64,000 nt of DNA from positions 1 through 64,000 of the forward strand of contig JACRKZ010000021.1 of the NCBI GenBank assembly GCA_016235455.1, written 5' to 3'. Shown here piece after piece: positions 8,857 to 18,105 of the stretch. Under the pieces are notes generated by a model. That model did not search any database. It was not told the DNA's origin and saw nothing but the letters and a program-made list of their open reading frames with translations. The DNA comes from Armatimonadota bacterium (GTDB taxonomy: Bacteria; Armatimonadota; UBA10988). Made by a program: the position numbers and the translations under genes. Position 1 is the stretch's first letter, and every line of letters begins with the position of its first letter.

Positions 8857-11211
8857 CTAGTCCTGCAGTTGGCCGTTGCCTTCACCGAGTTGGTCGCGCT
8901 GTTGCTGCGACTTGAGCAGGTAGCTGCCGTTCGTGACCACCGCGGCGCCGGCCGACAGGCCGCCCACCACCTCCACTCGGCCGCCGGCCGCGCGGCCCAG
9001 CGTCACGGCCCGCATTTCGTATTGCGTGGGCGTGCGTTGGATGAAGACCACCTTCTTGCCGCCGACCTCCTGCACCGCCTCCGACGGCACGGTCAGCACA
9101 CGGTTGCCGCGGTCGGTGATGAACGCCACGGTGGCGAACATCTCGGGCCGCAACGGCCAACTGGGATTGGGCAGCAGCGCGCGCACATGGGCGGCGCGAG
9201 TCTGCGCGTCCAGCTCGCCGCTGATGCTGACCACCGCGCCAACGAAGGTCTGGCCGGGACACGAGCGCACGGAGATGCGCACCAACTGACCGGTGGCGAC
9301 CCGCGGCAGATCGCGCTCGTAGACGTCGGCCTCGACGTACACCTCGGACAGGTCGACCACGGTCATCAGGTCTTTCTCGGGGCTGACCGCCTCGCCCACA
9401 CTGGCCGCCACCGTCGTCACCAGCCCGGCAATGGGCGCGCGCACCGGCACCTGGACCGGGCCGCGCGCACCCGCCGTCGCGCTCGTGGCGCCCAGCAGCG
9501 CCAGCACCTCGGCCGCGTTGTCGCGGGCGATGCGCGACGCGCGCACCTCGCGCTCGGACTCCAGCAACTGCTCGCGACTGCGCACCCGAGTCGTGGCCAA
9601 GCGCTCCTCGCGCTGCGCGGCGGCGCCGGCCACCTGCGCCTTGCGCGCGGACTCGGTGTCCTCGCCCTGCTTGCCGGCGACCACTCGCTCGGCCTGCGCC
9701 ACGCGCAGCCGAGCGGCCTCCAGCACCGTCGTGGCACGCGTCTTGTCGCCGGCCAGCTCCTTCTCGCGGGCCAGAGCGGCCGCCGCGGCGTCCACCGCGG
9801 CCTGGGCGGGCGCCATGCCACCGGCCACCACCTTGACCCGTGACGCCGCCTTGGCCACCCGGGCCTCGGCCGCGGCCAGTTCGCGCCGGGCCTCGTCCAG
9901 CGTGTTGCGCGCCTCCTGCTCGGCGCGGCCGCTGGTCATGCGTTCGGCGCTGATCTTCTGCTGACGGGCCAGCGCCGACTGCGCGTTGGCGGCGGCCGAG
10001 GCGGCCTCGGACCGCTGCGCCTCGCGCTCACGCACCAGGGTGCGGCGCGCTTCGAGATCGTTGAGCGAGACCAGTTCGGCGCGGTACAGATCCTCGCCGC
10101 GCTGGGCTTGGCGCCTGGCCTGCTCCAGCCCAGCCTCAGCCTGGCTGAGCCGCGACCGGGCCTCGGCCACCAGCGTCTCCGCCTGCTCCAGCGGGGCGCG
10201 GTCCATCTCGCCCGTGGCGGCCAGCCGCGAGGTGCGATCCAGCAGCGCCTGGGCGCTGTTGACCTTGCTCTGCGCCACCCGGAGCGCACCCTCGGCCTCG
10301 ATCTGGGCGGCCTCCGCCTCGGCATCGGCCGACCGGGCCTGGGCCAGACCGCGCTCCGCCTCGGCCAGCTTCTGGCGCGCGTCCTCCACCGCCGCGGCGG
10401 TGTAGGAGCCGCTGGCCACCATCCGCTCGGTGCGCGTGAACTCGGCGCGGGCGCTGTCCAGCTCGTTGCGCGCCTGCGCCAGTTCCGAGCCGACCTGCGC
10501 CTGCGCCACGCGGGCCTCGGCCAGGTTGCGGCGGGCTTCCTCCAGCGGCGCCTCGGTGAAAGCACCACTGGCCACCAGCTCGCGCCGTGTGGCCAGGTGA
10601 CGCTCGGCGGCGCTGACCCGCGCCGTCGCGTCGCGGTACGCCGCCGCCGCCTGCGCCGCGTCGACACTGTCGAGCGTGGCCACTACCTGCCCGGCGGACA
10701 CACGGTCGCCCACACGTACATGCACTCCGGTCAACCGGCCCGAGATACGCGCACCCAGATGCGCCTGCCGTGCTTCCACGGGCACGATGCGGCCGGTCGC
10801 CTCCAGGGTGGTAACCATGTCGCGCGGCGACAGCATCTCGGTCTTGATGCCCAGTTGGCGTGCCGCCTCGGCGTCTACCTCGATGAACGGGCTGGCCGGC
10901 GCGGCGGGCGTGGCGGCGCCACGCTCCTCGCTGGCGGCCGCGGTAGTCAATGAGCCGCCGACGACAACCACGGCCGAACCAGCCAACAAGCCACACGCCA
11001 GCCGCCAGGCCCGCGCGCCGCGGCGCCGCGCGGCCACCGCCACGCCCACGGCGCCCGCGCACAGTAGCAGCGCCAGAACGAAGACCCACACCGGTCGGCC
11101 GGTCGGCCGAGCGGCACCGACCTGCGCCAGGGCCACCGCCGGCAGGCCGCACACCGCGCAGGCCAGCAGCCCGGCGGAGCGCCGGGCAGAGGAGGAAGTC
11201 AAATGGTTCAT
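8857..11211 (-). CDS. RND periplasmic adaptor (CzcB-like) with a much extended coiled coil
   Basis: Lipoyl halves (ARISGRL..V.VGDRV / VRAPIAGLV), DLSEVYVEADVYE and LRPEMF; located between tolC-like gene and czcA. Confidence 0.9.
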   Translation of the reverse strand: MNHLTSSSARRSAGLLACAVCGLPAVALAQVGAARPTGRPVWVFVLALLLCAGAVGVAVAARRRGARAWRLACGLLAGSAVVVVGGSLTTAAASEERGAATPAAPASPFIEVDAEAARQLGIKTEMLSPRDMVTTLEATGRIVPVEARQAHLGARISGRLTGVHVRVGDRVSAGQVVATLDSVDAAQAAAAYRDATARVSAAERHLATRRELVASGAFTEAPLEEARRNLAEARVAQAQVGSELAQARNELDSARAEFTRTERMVASGSYTAAAVEDARQKLAEAERGLAQARSADAEAEAAQIEAEGALRVAQSKVNSAQALLDRTSRLAATGEMDRAPLEQAETLVAEARSRLSQAEAGLEQARRQAQRGEDLYRAELVSLNDLEARRTLVREREAQRSEAASAAANAQSALARQQKISAERMTSGRAEQEARNTLDEARRELAAAEARVAKAASRVKVVAGGMAPAQAAVDAAAAALAREKELAGDKTRATTVLEAARLRVAQAERVVAGKQGEDTESARKAQVAGAAAQREERLATTRVRSREQLLESEREVRASRIARDNAAEVLALLGATSATAGARGPVQVPVRAPIAGLVTTVAASVGEAVSPEKDLMTVVDLSEVYVEADVYERDLPRVATGQLVRISVRSCPGQTFVGAVVSISGELDAQTRAAHVRALLPNPSWPLRPEMFATVAFITDRGNRVLTVPSEAVQEVGGKKVVFIQRTPTQYEMRAVTLGRAAGGRVEVVGGLSAGAAVVTNGSYLLKSQQQRDQLGEGNGQLQD

Positions 11212-12542
11212 GGGGCACCTGCTACAGTCGGGCGAAGGGCTTGGGGAACGAGCGTCTGCGCCGGCACGGGCGGACCGAGCCGGCCCGGTTCGGCGTCCGC
11301 CGTCGGCACAGCGGCGGGGAGCACGGGCGGCGTCTCGGGCAGGTCGGCGCCGACGGCGGTGCGTAGCGCCAGCAGCGCCGTGGCCACCGCGGTGTCGAGC
11401 GCCACCGAGGCAACTCGGGCCTCGGCCAGGCGACGCCTGGCATCGAGCACCTCCAGCAGGCTCAACTCGCCTGACTGGTAGCCCTCGCGCGTCAGATCGG
11501 TCAGCCGCTGAGCGCGCGCCACCACACTCGACGCATGGCTGGCGCGACGGCGCAGGGCGGACTCAGCCGTCAGCCACGCGCTGTCTACGGCAAGCGCCAC
11601 TTCGCGCTGCGCGGCCGTCAGAAGCTGTTCGGCCTCGGCGACGCTCGCCTCAGCCGCCCGCACTTGCGCTCCGAGCCGGCCGTAGTCGAGCAGCGGCAGG
11701 TCGATCGCGATGCGCAGGCCGTGCTCCTCATCCTCGCGGAAGCCCTCGACGGCCACGCCTGGCGCGCGACCGGCCTTGGCCAGCGCCACCAGGCCACGCG
11801 CCTCATCGACGCGCAGGCGCGCCGCCTTGACCCGCGGCCGTTGCACGGCCAGCGCCTGGAGCGCCGACCGGTCCAAGGCCGGCCAGGTCGGCTCGGCCGT
11901 CGCCGCCGACAGCGGCTCGGCCAGGTCGCGACCGAGCAGACCGGCCAGCACGCCGCGCGCCAGCACCAGGGCCGCATCGGCGTCGGCCTGCGCCTGCTCG
12001 GTCAGGCCAACTTCCAACTCGGCGCGCAGGACATCCACGCCCGGCCGTTCGCCGACCTCGCGGGCCTTGGCCGCCGCGTCACGCAGCGCGCGGGCCAACT
12101 CGACATCCTGACTGGTCGCGGCCGCCTGGCGCTGCGCCGCCGCCAGGCCGTACCACGCCGCGCTGGCCTGAGCGGTGACCTCGAGCCGCGTCTCCGCCAC
12201 GTCGCAAAGCGCCGCCGCCAGCGCAGCGCGCGCGGCTCGCGCCGCGGGGCGGAGCGTGGCGTCGTACAGCGGCTGGGCCAACACCACCTCGATGTCCAGG
12301 CCGCGCTGGTCGCTGATCAGCGGTGTGGCCAGCAGGCGTGCCGCCGGCAGGACGCCGGCCGCCTCGGCCATGGCGCGGGCGCGGGCCGCGGCCTGTTCGG
12401 CACCGCGCAGCGAGGCGCTGCGGGCCAGCGCCTCGGTCACCACCTGGCCGAGTGGCAACTCGGTCTGAGCCCACGCACCGCTCAGGCAGCAGGCCAGCAG
12501 GGCCAACCACCCGGCGCGCGAGCCGCGGGGATGCAAACACAT
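11208..12542 (-). CDS. TolC/CzcC family outer membrane factor
   Basis: Signal peptide; YQSGELSLLEVLDARR motif; ATGA overlap with the adaptor gene. Confidence 0.9.
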   Translation of the reverse strand: MCLHPRGSRAGWLALLACCLSGAWAQTELPLGQVVTEALARSASLRGAEQAAARARAMAEAAGVLPAARLLATPLISDQRGLDIEVVLAQPLYDATLRPAARAARAALAAALCDVAETRLEVTAQASAAWYGLAAAQRQAAATSQDVELARALRDAAAKAREVGERPGVDVLRAELEVGLTEQAQADADAALVLARGVLAGLLGRDLAEPLSAATAEPTWPALDRSALQALAVQRPRVKAARLRVDEARGLVALAKAGRAPGVAVEGFREDEEHGLRIAIDLPLLDYGRLGAQVRAAEASVAEAEQLLTAAQREVALAVDSAWLTAESALRRRASHASSVVARAQRLTDLTREGYQSGELSLLEVLDARRRLAEARVASVALDTAVATALLALRTAVGADLPETPPVLPAAVPTADAEPGRLGPPVPAQTLVPQALRPTVAGAP

Positions 12543-12654
12543 GGGTGTCTCCAGACGAACAGCGCGCGGGCCAGGCCGGGCGGCGTTCGGAGCAGGGGAG
12601 GATCTCGCCGCGACCCGCGGACGGGCCGTGCGGACGAGAGGTCAGGGCAGGTGA

Positions 12655-13035
12655 TCAGGCCCTGGGCGGCGCGCGATCAGGAACCGCCCGCAGGGCGGAT
12701 CCGCTATCGGTGGGCCAGGTCGGCTCGTGGAGACAGGGGCGCACCCGCTCGACAGGCGGAGCAGGCAGCGGTGATTCGCAGTGGTTGGCCGGCAGGTCAT
12801 GCACGGCCGATTGGCGGGCGACGACCACGCAGGCGTCGAGCACATGATGCGCATCGCAGGGATCGAACGGCTGGGCGTGTTCGCCGGCATGGTTGGCGGC
12901 CATGCCGGACAGCGCCGTCGCGGCGTGGCTGACGCCGGCCTGCGCGTAGCAGTCGGTATGGACAAGCGAGACACAACCCGCGGCCAGCAGAAGGGCCGCG
13001 AGCCAGTCTCGGCCCAGACTGTGCCAGCGTTTCAT
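12655..13035 (-). CDS. His/Cys-rich leader protein ending in RAPP (DUF2946/CzcI-like)
   Basis: N-terminal hydrophobic segment, many His/Cys, C-terminal DRAPPRA; first gene downstream of a sigma70-like promoter. Confidence 0.7.
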   Translation of the reverse strand: MKRWHSLGRDWLAALLLAAGCVSLVHTDCYAQAGVSHAATALSGMAANHAGEHAQPFDPCDAHHVLDACVVVARQSAVHDLPANHCESPLPAPPVERVRPCLHEPTWPTDSGSALRAVPDRAPPRA

Positions 13036-13044
13036 GGTCGCGCC

Positions 13045-13073
13045 ATTCTACGGGTGGGACCCACCTGCGTCAA
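13045..13073 (-). promoter_or_regulatory. sigma70-like promoter with a palindromic operator in the spacer
   Basis: Minus strand TTGACG-N17-TAGAAT, 9 nt before the ATG at 13035; spacer holds GGTGGG-a-CCCACC (13053-13065). Confidence 0.7.
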
Positions 13074-13278
13074 TGCGTTCCGCCAAGGCGCACGGATGCT
13101 ACACGGATCCGTGAGACGAGCTCGCGCCGAACCCAACCCGCCCAGATCCTCCATGGGCCTTGGGCCTGCCGTCCACGGTCCGCCGAGCAGCGCTGGCAGG
13201 CACCGCCGTAGCCGCCCATGCGTACCAACGCCCGACAGCCGTGCTACACTGATCTCATCTCAAGATCGGGGTCGCACC

Positions 13279-15219
13279 ATGGACAACACGACTATTGGAC
13301 CAGCCAGCACCCATGCGCTGGAAGCTTTTGAGGCCCATGCCGAAGTGGCCCGCCTGCTGGGCGATCTGACCGACTTCGGTCTGATACCGGCTGGCACTTA
13401 TGAGATCGAGCCGCCGGCTGGTCCCCCCGTGGTCGCCCGGCCCCTGGTCGACCCGGCCAGCGCGTTCTACGCCGCCGTGCTGTGGTCGCCCATCGAAGGC
13501 GTCTATGTGCAGGTCACCACGCGCTTCGACGACGGCTCGGCACTGACCAGCACCTCGCCCACCAGCGAAGATCTGGCCGAGGTGGGTGAGTTCATCGACG
13601 CGCTGGCGCTGATCACCGTGCACCATGGCGACTCGTCCACCGAACTGGCCGAGTCGGGCTCGACCGCACTCAAGGTCGACCTCGACGGCATCGCCGAGGC
13701 GTTCGGCGAGGACCAGAGCCGACTCATTGAGACCGCGTTCGAGGCCGCGCCGGAAATGGCCGCGTCGGGCTACCTGCAGGAAGCCCTGAGCGAGCAGAGC
13801 GACGAAGACGTCGAGCCGGCCACGCGCCTGACCGCCTACACCGACGCTGACATCGTCCACCGCGAGTTCGTGCAGAGCGTGATCGACTGGCTCGCCGGCC
13901 ACGGCCTCGTGACCGAGGAGATCAGCGGCTACGAGATGGACGAACTCGACGACGATGCCTGGTCGGAGATCATGGCCGACGGCGAAGTGGTCATCGACGG
14001 CAGCGGCCCGGTGCCGTGGCAGGCGGTGGTCGACATCGCCGTACTGGCCGAGGCGCAGGTCGATATGGACTCGGTGGAGGACGAGGTCTCGCCGTTCGAG
14101 GTCAGCCTGGCGCTGGACGACCCCGAGGGCAGTTGGATCACGCCCGATCTGCTGCGGCAGTTGACCCAGGAGTTGGCCGCCCTGTCGCAGGCCATCATCA
14201 CCTACTGCGAGCCGTTCGATTTTGGCGCCAACCTCTACTGCGACGGGCTCGAGGCCGGCGCCTGGCTGCAGATCCACAGCCCGCGCTGCATTGAGCATTT
14301 CGGCGCTGATCGCTTCGTGGAAGCCACGCCCGCGGCGTCGATCACCGACCTGGGCGAGCTGGGCCTGCTGGTGCAGTTGACCCCCGAGCCGGCCTCCACG
14401 GGCGACCTGGAAGACCTGGGCATCGCCTGGGCCGAGCACCTGGGCGAGATCGACCTGCCCGAGTGGGACAACTCGCTGCGGCTGACCGCGGGCGACGTCT
14501 ACACCGAGCCCGACGGCGAACCTTGGGCCGCCGATGACGACGACGACGCGGAGGAACTGGCAGACCGGCGCGGGGTGGAAGGCTTCAACCAGACCTACCA
14601 CGCCATGTTCGTGCTGGCCGACCCGCCGCTGGTGGCCGAGGCGCTGGCGCGCGGCCGCGGCACGGCCACGCGTTCCGAGGTGCTGGGCACCGCCCAGGAC
14701 GTCACCGCCGAGCACCTGCTGGTCTACCGCATCGGTGGCCACGCCTGGACCGGTGTGGTGGACTGTTCCGCCGCCGAGCGGGCGCTGGGTGTGGCCGAGG
14801 CCAAGGCCCTGTCGGCCGAGCTGGCCACGCGCGCCATCCTGCATTTTGTCGACCCCGCCGTAGAGGCCATCGCCTTCGAGCTGTGGGAAGAGGGTGAGCT
14901 GGTCGAGCAGTTCGGTTTCGGGCTGCACGAAGCGGCGCCCGGCCCGTTCGCCGGCACGCACGGCCACGGTCTGGCCGCCGAATGCGGCATCGCCCCCGGC
15001 CAGCCCGGCCTGAGCTTCGCCTCGGCGCTGCGCGATGTCGACCCCGACAGCATCAACGACCCGTATGCGTTCGTCGACCACTGCTTCCGCATCCAGGACT
15101 GCTACGACCCGAGCTGGACGTTCGAGGAACTGCTGTCGCTGGTCACCGGCGACCCGATCGACCCGGCCGACGTGCCCATCGATCCGGCCGATGTGGAGGC
15201 GCTGCTGATCGTCGAGTAG
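13279..15219 (+). CDS. very acidic multidomain hypothetical protein
   Basis: Strong GC3 codon bias; ATG 13279 follows TGcTACACT; D/E-rich. Confidence 0.8.
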   Translation: MDNTTIGPASTHALEAFEAHAEVARLLGDLTDFGLIPAGTYEIEPPAGPPVVARPLVDPASAFYAAVLWSPIEGVYVQVTTRFDDGSALTSTSPTSEDLAEVGEFIDALALITVHHGDSSTELAESGSTALKVDLDGIAEAFGEDQSRLIETAFEAAPEMAASGYLQEALSEQSDEDVEPATRLTAYTDADIVHREFVQSVIDWLAGHGLVTEEISGYEMDELDDDAWSEIMADGEVVIDGSGPVPWQAVVDIAVLAEAQVDMDSVEDEVSPFEVSLALDDPEGSWITPDLLRQLTQELAALSQAIITYCEPFDFGANLYCDGLEAGAWLQIHSPRCIEHFGADRFVEATPAASITDLGELGLLVQLTPEPASTGDLEDLGIAWAEHLGEIDLPEWDNSLRLTAGDVYTEPDGEPWAADDDDDAEELADRRGVEGFNQTYHAMFVLADPPLVAEALARGRGTATRSEVLGTAQDVTAEHLLVYRIGGHAWTGVVDCSAAERALGVAEAKALSAELATRAILHFVDPAVEAIAFELWEEGELVEQFGFGLHEAAPGPFAGTHGHGLAAECGIAPGQPGLSFASALRDVDPDSINDPYAFVDHCFRIQDCYDPSWTFEELLSLVTGDPIDPADVPIDPADVEALLIVE

Positions 15220-15234
15220 CGGCTGGCGTGTTCA

Positions 15235-15279
15235 ACCGCAAGAGGCGCAGAGGCACGCGTTCCTTGCGCCTCTTGCGGT
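15235..15279. repeat. 15-bp perfect inverted repeat between convergent genes
   Basis: ACCGCAAGAGGCGCA (15235-15249) / TGCGCCTCTTGCGGT (15265-15279). Confidence 0.85.
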
Positions 15280-15324
15280 CCAGGGCCTGCCCGGACGGCG
15301 GCCGCCACGGAAGGCCTAGGAGCC

Positions 15325-15627
15325 TTACTCCGGCATGGGATCGGCGAAGTTGCGCGCGCGCACCAGCGTACGGTCGACCACGTCGTATTCCGCTTCGACG
15401 ATGACATCGCGCCAGTCGATGGCCAGGTCGCGGCGGATGACGCGCAGGCGGTCGAGGCTGCCGCGCGCCGACCAGGCCGCGCAGCGCAGCAGCCGGTCGC
15501 CCACCGGCTCGCCGCGCTCGTCGACCGCGGATTCGAGCAGGGCCGTGGCCTCGGCCAGGTCGGCTGGCGCGAAGGTGTCGGCCAACCAGCGGGTCACGTC
15601 GGGTGGGAAGGGCATGGTGCGCTCCAT
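15325..15627 (-). CDS. hypothetical protein
   Basis: 100-aa ORF 4 nt downstream of higA; DWRDVIVEAEY motif. Confidence 0.7.
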   Translation of the reverse strand: MERTMPFPPDVTRWLADTFAPADLAEATALLESAVDERGEPVGDRLLRCAAWSARGSLDRLRVIRRDLAIDWRDVIVEAEYDVVDRTLVRARNFADPMPE

Positions 15628-15631
15628 TCCC

Positions 15632-15937
15632 TCAGGCAGCTACGCCGGGCCACGGCCTGATGCGGGCCAACTCGTCCGCCAGAAGCCGCGATGCCACCTC
15701 GATATCGTGCGCGGCTTGCGCGCGTAGCCAGTAGCCGTCGGACAAGCCGAAGAAGCGACAGAGTCGCAGGTCAGTATCGGCGGTAATGCTCCGGCGACCG
15801 GCGACGATCTCGCCGATGCGCTGCGGCGGAACACCCGTCTCCTTGGCCAGCCGGTACCGCGTGATGCCCATCGGCACCAGAAACTCCTCCATCAGCAACG
15901 CGCCCGGAGTGATCGGATCCAAATGCTCAACCATCAT
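15632..15937 (-). CDS. higA: HigA family antitoxin
   Basis: PITPGALLMEEFL, HTH, RRSITADTDLRLCRFFG and YWLRAQ. Confidence 0.92.
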   Translation of the reverse strand: MMVEHLDPITPGALLMEEFLVPMGITRYRLAKETGVPPQRIGEIVAGRRSITADTDLRLCRFFGLSDGYWLRAQAAHDIEVASRLLADELARIRPWPGVAA

Positions 15938-15976
15938 TCCATCCCGCTGTCGGCCACCCATGGCCACACCGGCAGC

Positions 15977-16255
15977 CTAGTGGTAGTCAACGATCTCCAC
16001 CTCGGCCGCACCAGCCTCCGTCCACCGAAAACACACGCGGTACTGGTCGTTGATGCGGACGCTATGCTGCCCAGCCCGGTCGCCCTTGAGCGCCTCCAGT
16101 CGGTTGCCCGGAGGCACGCGCAAGTCGTCCAGCCGACCGGCGACCTGCAACTGGCGCAACTTGAGGCGCGCCGCGCGCTCAAACGACGTGAACCGCGCCA
16201 CGCGTCGCCCTCCGGCCAGCGCCTCCGTGTCCGCATCCCGGTAGGAGACCACCAT
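15977..16255 (-). CDS. higB: HigB/RelE family toxin
   Basis: LRVPPGNRLEALKGDRAGQHSVRINDQYRVCF…EIVDYH. Confidence 0.95.
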   Translation of the reverse strand: MVVSYRDADTEALAGGRRVARFTSFERAARLKLRQLQVAGRLDDLRVPPGNRLEALKGDRAGQHSVRINDQYRVCFRWTEAGAAEVEIVDYH

Positions 16256-16260
16256 GACCC

Positions 16261-16297
16261 ATTAATGACGTCGCGCGTGCATAACGTCAAGCGTCAA
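16261..16297 (-). promoter_or_regulatory. higBA promoter with tandem operator palindromes (probably leaderless mRNA)
   Basis: TTGACG-N18-ATTAAT, 5 nt before the ATG; two ACG-N5-CGT palindromes (16268-16278, 16284-16294) in an AT-rich patch. Confidence 0.65.
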
Positions 16298-16360
16298 TAA
16301 GGAGTCGTGGCTGACGTGACGCCGCGGTGATGTGCTACCATCCCCACCACGGAGACCGCC

Positions 16361-17383
16361 ATGCTACGGATCGGCGTCGTGGGCGCGGGCTGGTTCGCTT
16401 CGCGCCGCCATCTGCCCGACTTGGCCGCGCATCCCGAGGTTGAGTTGGCCGCGCTCTGCCGCCGCTCGCCCGAGCCGTTGGCCAGGCTCGCGAAGCACTT
16501 TGGCGTGCGCGAGACCTACACCGACCTCGACACCATGCTCGACCAGGCCCGGCTGGACGCGGTGGTCATCTGTTCGCCGCACAACCTGCACCATCCGCAG
16601 GCCAAGGCGTGCCTGGCCGCCGGCTGCCATGTGCTCATGGAGAAGCCGCTGGCGCTGACCGGCGCCGAGGCGCGCGATCTCGTGGCGCAGGCCGCGTCTG
16701 CCGGCCGCATCCTGGAGGTGGCCTACAACCCGCCCTACTGGAAGCACGCCCGCTGGCTCAGAGAACGGGTGCAAGCCGGCGACATGGGCGCTGTCGAGAC
16801 GGTCGACCTGCGCTGGAGCGGCAACGCGCTGGCGCTGTTTGGTGACGAGCCGCTGCCGGATTCGATGCCTGGGCTGGTGCAGCCGACACTCTATCGCGGC
16901 GACGCCGTGGCCAACGGCGGCGGACATCTGGCCGATGCCGGCTGCCATCCCGTGGCCGAGGTGCTGTTCGTCACCGGCGAGCAGCCCGTGTCGCTGAACG
17001 CCGAGGTGGACCGCCTGCCCGACGACCGGCGCTACGGCGTGTCCATGGTGTTGTCTGGCGGCGGCTATGCGGCCATCGGCTCCGTGGCCGACAGCCCACG
17101 CACCGACCGCGTCAACATGGGCCTGTGGAGCGGCAGCCGCGCCAGCGCGCTGGTGGTCGGCCGGCCCGGTCCGTTCGACGTGCTGTGGATGCCCAGCGAC
17201 GGCGAGCCGCGCTGGATCCGCGATGCCGAGCTGCCCGCTGCGCCGCAGCCAGTGGGCAGTTTCGTCGACGCCATCCTGGGCCGCGGCGAGCCGCAATGCC
17301 CGGCCAGCGTCGCCACCGCCTACGTGGATGTCATCGAAGCGGCCTACCAGAGCGCGGCCAGTGGCCTGCGTATGACGTTCTGA
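16361..17383 (+). CDS. Gfo/Idh/MocA family oxidoreductase
   Basis: RIGVVGAG, HVLMEKPLA and GGGHLADAGCH. Confidence 0.92.
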   Translation: MLRIGVVGAGWFASRRHLPDLAAHPEVELAALCRRSPEPLARLAKHFGVRETYTDLDTMLDQARLDAVVICSPHNLHHPQAKACLAAGCHVLMEKPLALTGAEARDLVAQAASAGRILEVAYNPPYWKHARWLRERVQAGDMGAVETVDLRWSGNALALFGDEPLPDSMPGLVQPTLYRGDAVANGGGHLADAGCHPVAEVLFVTGEQPVSLNAEVDRLPDDRRYGVSMVLSGGGYAAIGSVADSPRTDRVNMGLWSGSRASALVVGRPGPFDVLWMPSDGEPRWIRDAELPAAPQPVGSFVDAILGRGEPQCPASVATAYVDVIEAAYQSAASGLRMTF

Positions 17384-17386
17384 ACC

Positions 17387-17414
17387 TTGACCAACCCGCC
17401 ACGGACGTCATACT
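17387..17414 (+). promoter_or_regulatory. putative sigma70 promoter of the ccm/hem operon
   Basis: TTGACC-N16-CATACT. Confidence 0.45.
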
Positions 17415-17433
17415 GAGCGAAGGTAATCGGACC

Positions 17434-18105
17434 ATGCGATCCACTTGGAAACTGATCCTGGGCGCGGGCATGCTGGCCGTCGGCGCGGTGCTGGGCCTGA
17501 CCGTCGCCATGGACACCCAAGCCCTACCCAACCCTTGGCTGCGCGAGGCGTACCGCGTGGTCTTCTTCCACATGCCATTTGCCTTCGCGGGCACCGTCTA
17601 CTTCATGGTCGGGGCAGCCCACGCGGGGCGCTACCTGGTCACGCGCAACCTGCGCGCCGACCGCGCGGCGCTGGGCTCGGCCGAGTTGGGGCTCATCCTG
17701 CTGGGACTGGCCACGGTGACCGGCATGATCTTCGCCCGCTGCCAGTGGGGCATGTGGTGGAACTGGGACCCGCGCGAGACCTCGGTGTTCTTCGTGCTGC
17801 TCATCTACGCCGCCTACCTCATGCTGCGCCAGGCGCTGCCGCAGGACGAGGCACTGCGCGCGCGGGTCAGCGCGGCCTACCTGCTGCTGGCCGTGGCGCC
17901 GATGATCTGGCTGGTGGCCATCTTCCCGCGTACCGCGGCCCAGGTCAGCACCAGCCTGCACCCGGTGCGGCCACCGCTTGGGCCCGCGCAGTGGCGCATC
18001 ATCTTCTGGGACTTCGCCGGCCTGCTCATCCTCGGCGCCTGGCTGCGTGACCTGCAGAACAAGGTGACCGAGAAGCAGTTTGCCCTGTGGGAGAGCGGTC
18101 GATGA
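17434..18105 (+). CDS. ccmC: heme exporter/chaperone loader CcmC
   Basis: FFHMP, WGMWWNWDPRET (WWD motif) and SLHP. Confidence 0.9.
   Translation: MRSTWKLILGAGMLAVGAVLGLTVAMDTQALPNPWLREAYRVVFFHMPFAFAGTVYFMVGAAHAGRYLVTRNLRADRAALGSAELGLILLGLATVTGMIFARCQWGMWWNWDPRETSVFFVLLIYAAYLMLRQALPQDEALRARVSAAYLLLAVAPMIWLVAIFPRTAAQVSTSLHPVRPPLGPAQWRIIFWDFAGLLILGAWLRDLQNKVTEKQFALWESGR

Noticed and set aside
12781-13278. N-terminal extension of the 812-aa ORF
   Set aside because: Overlaps the minus-strand leader gene and its promoter; composition changes at Met 13279
15220-16300. Integron cassette array around higBA
   Set aside because: No RYYYAAC…GTTRRRY attC structure and no integrase
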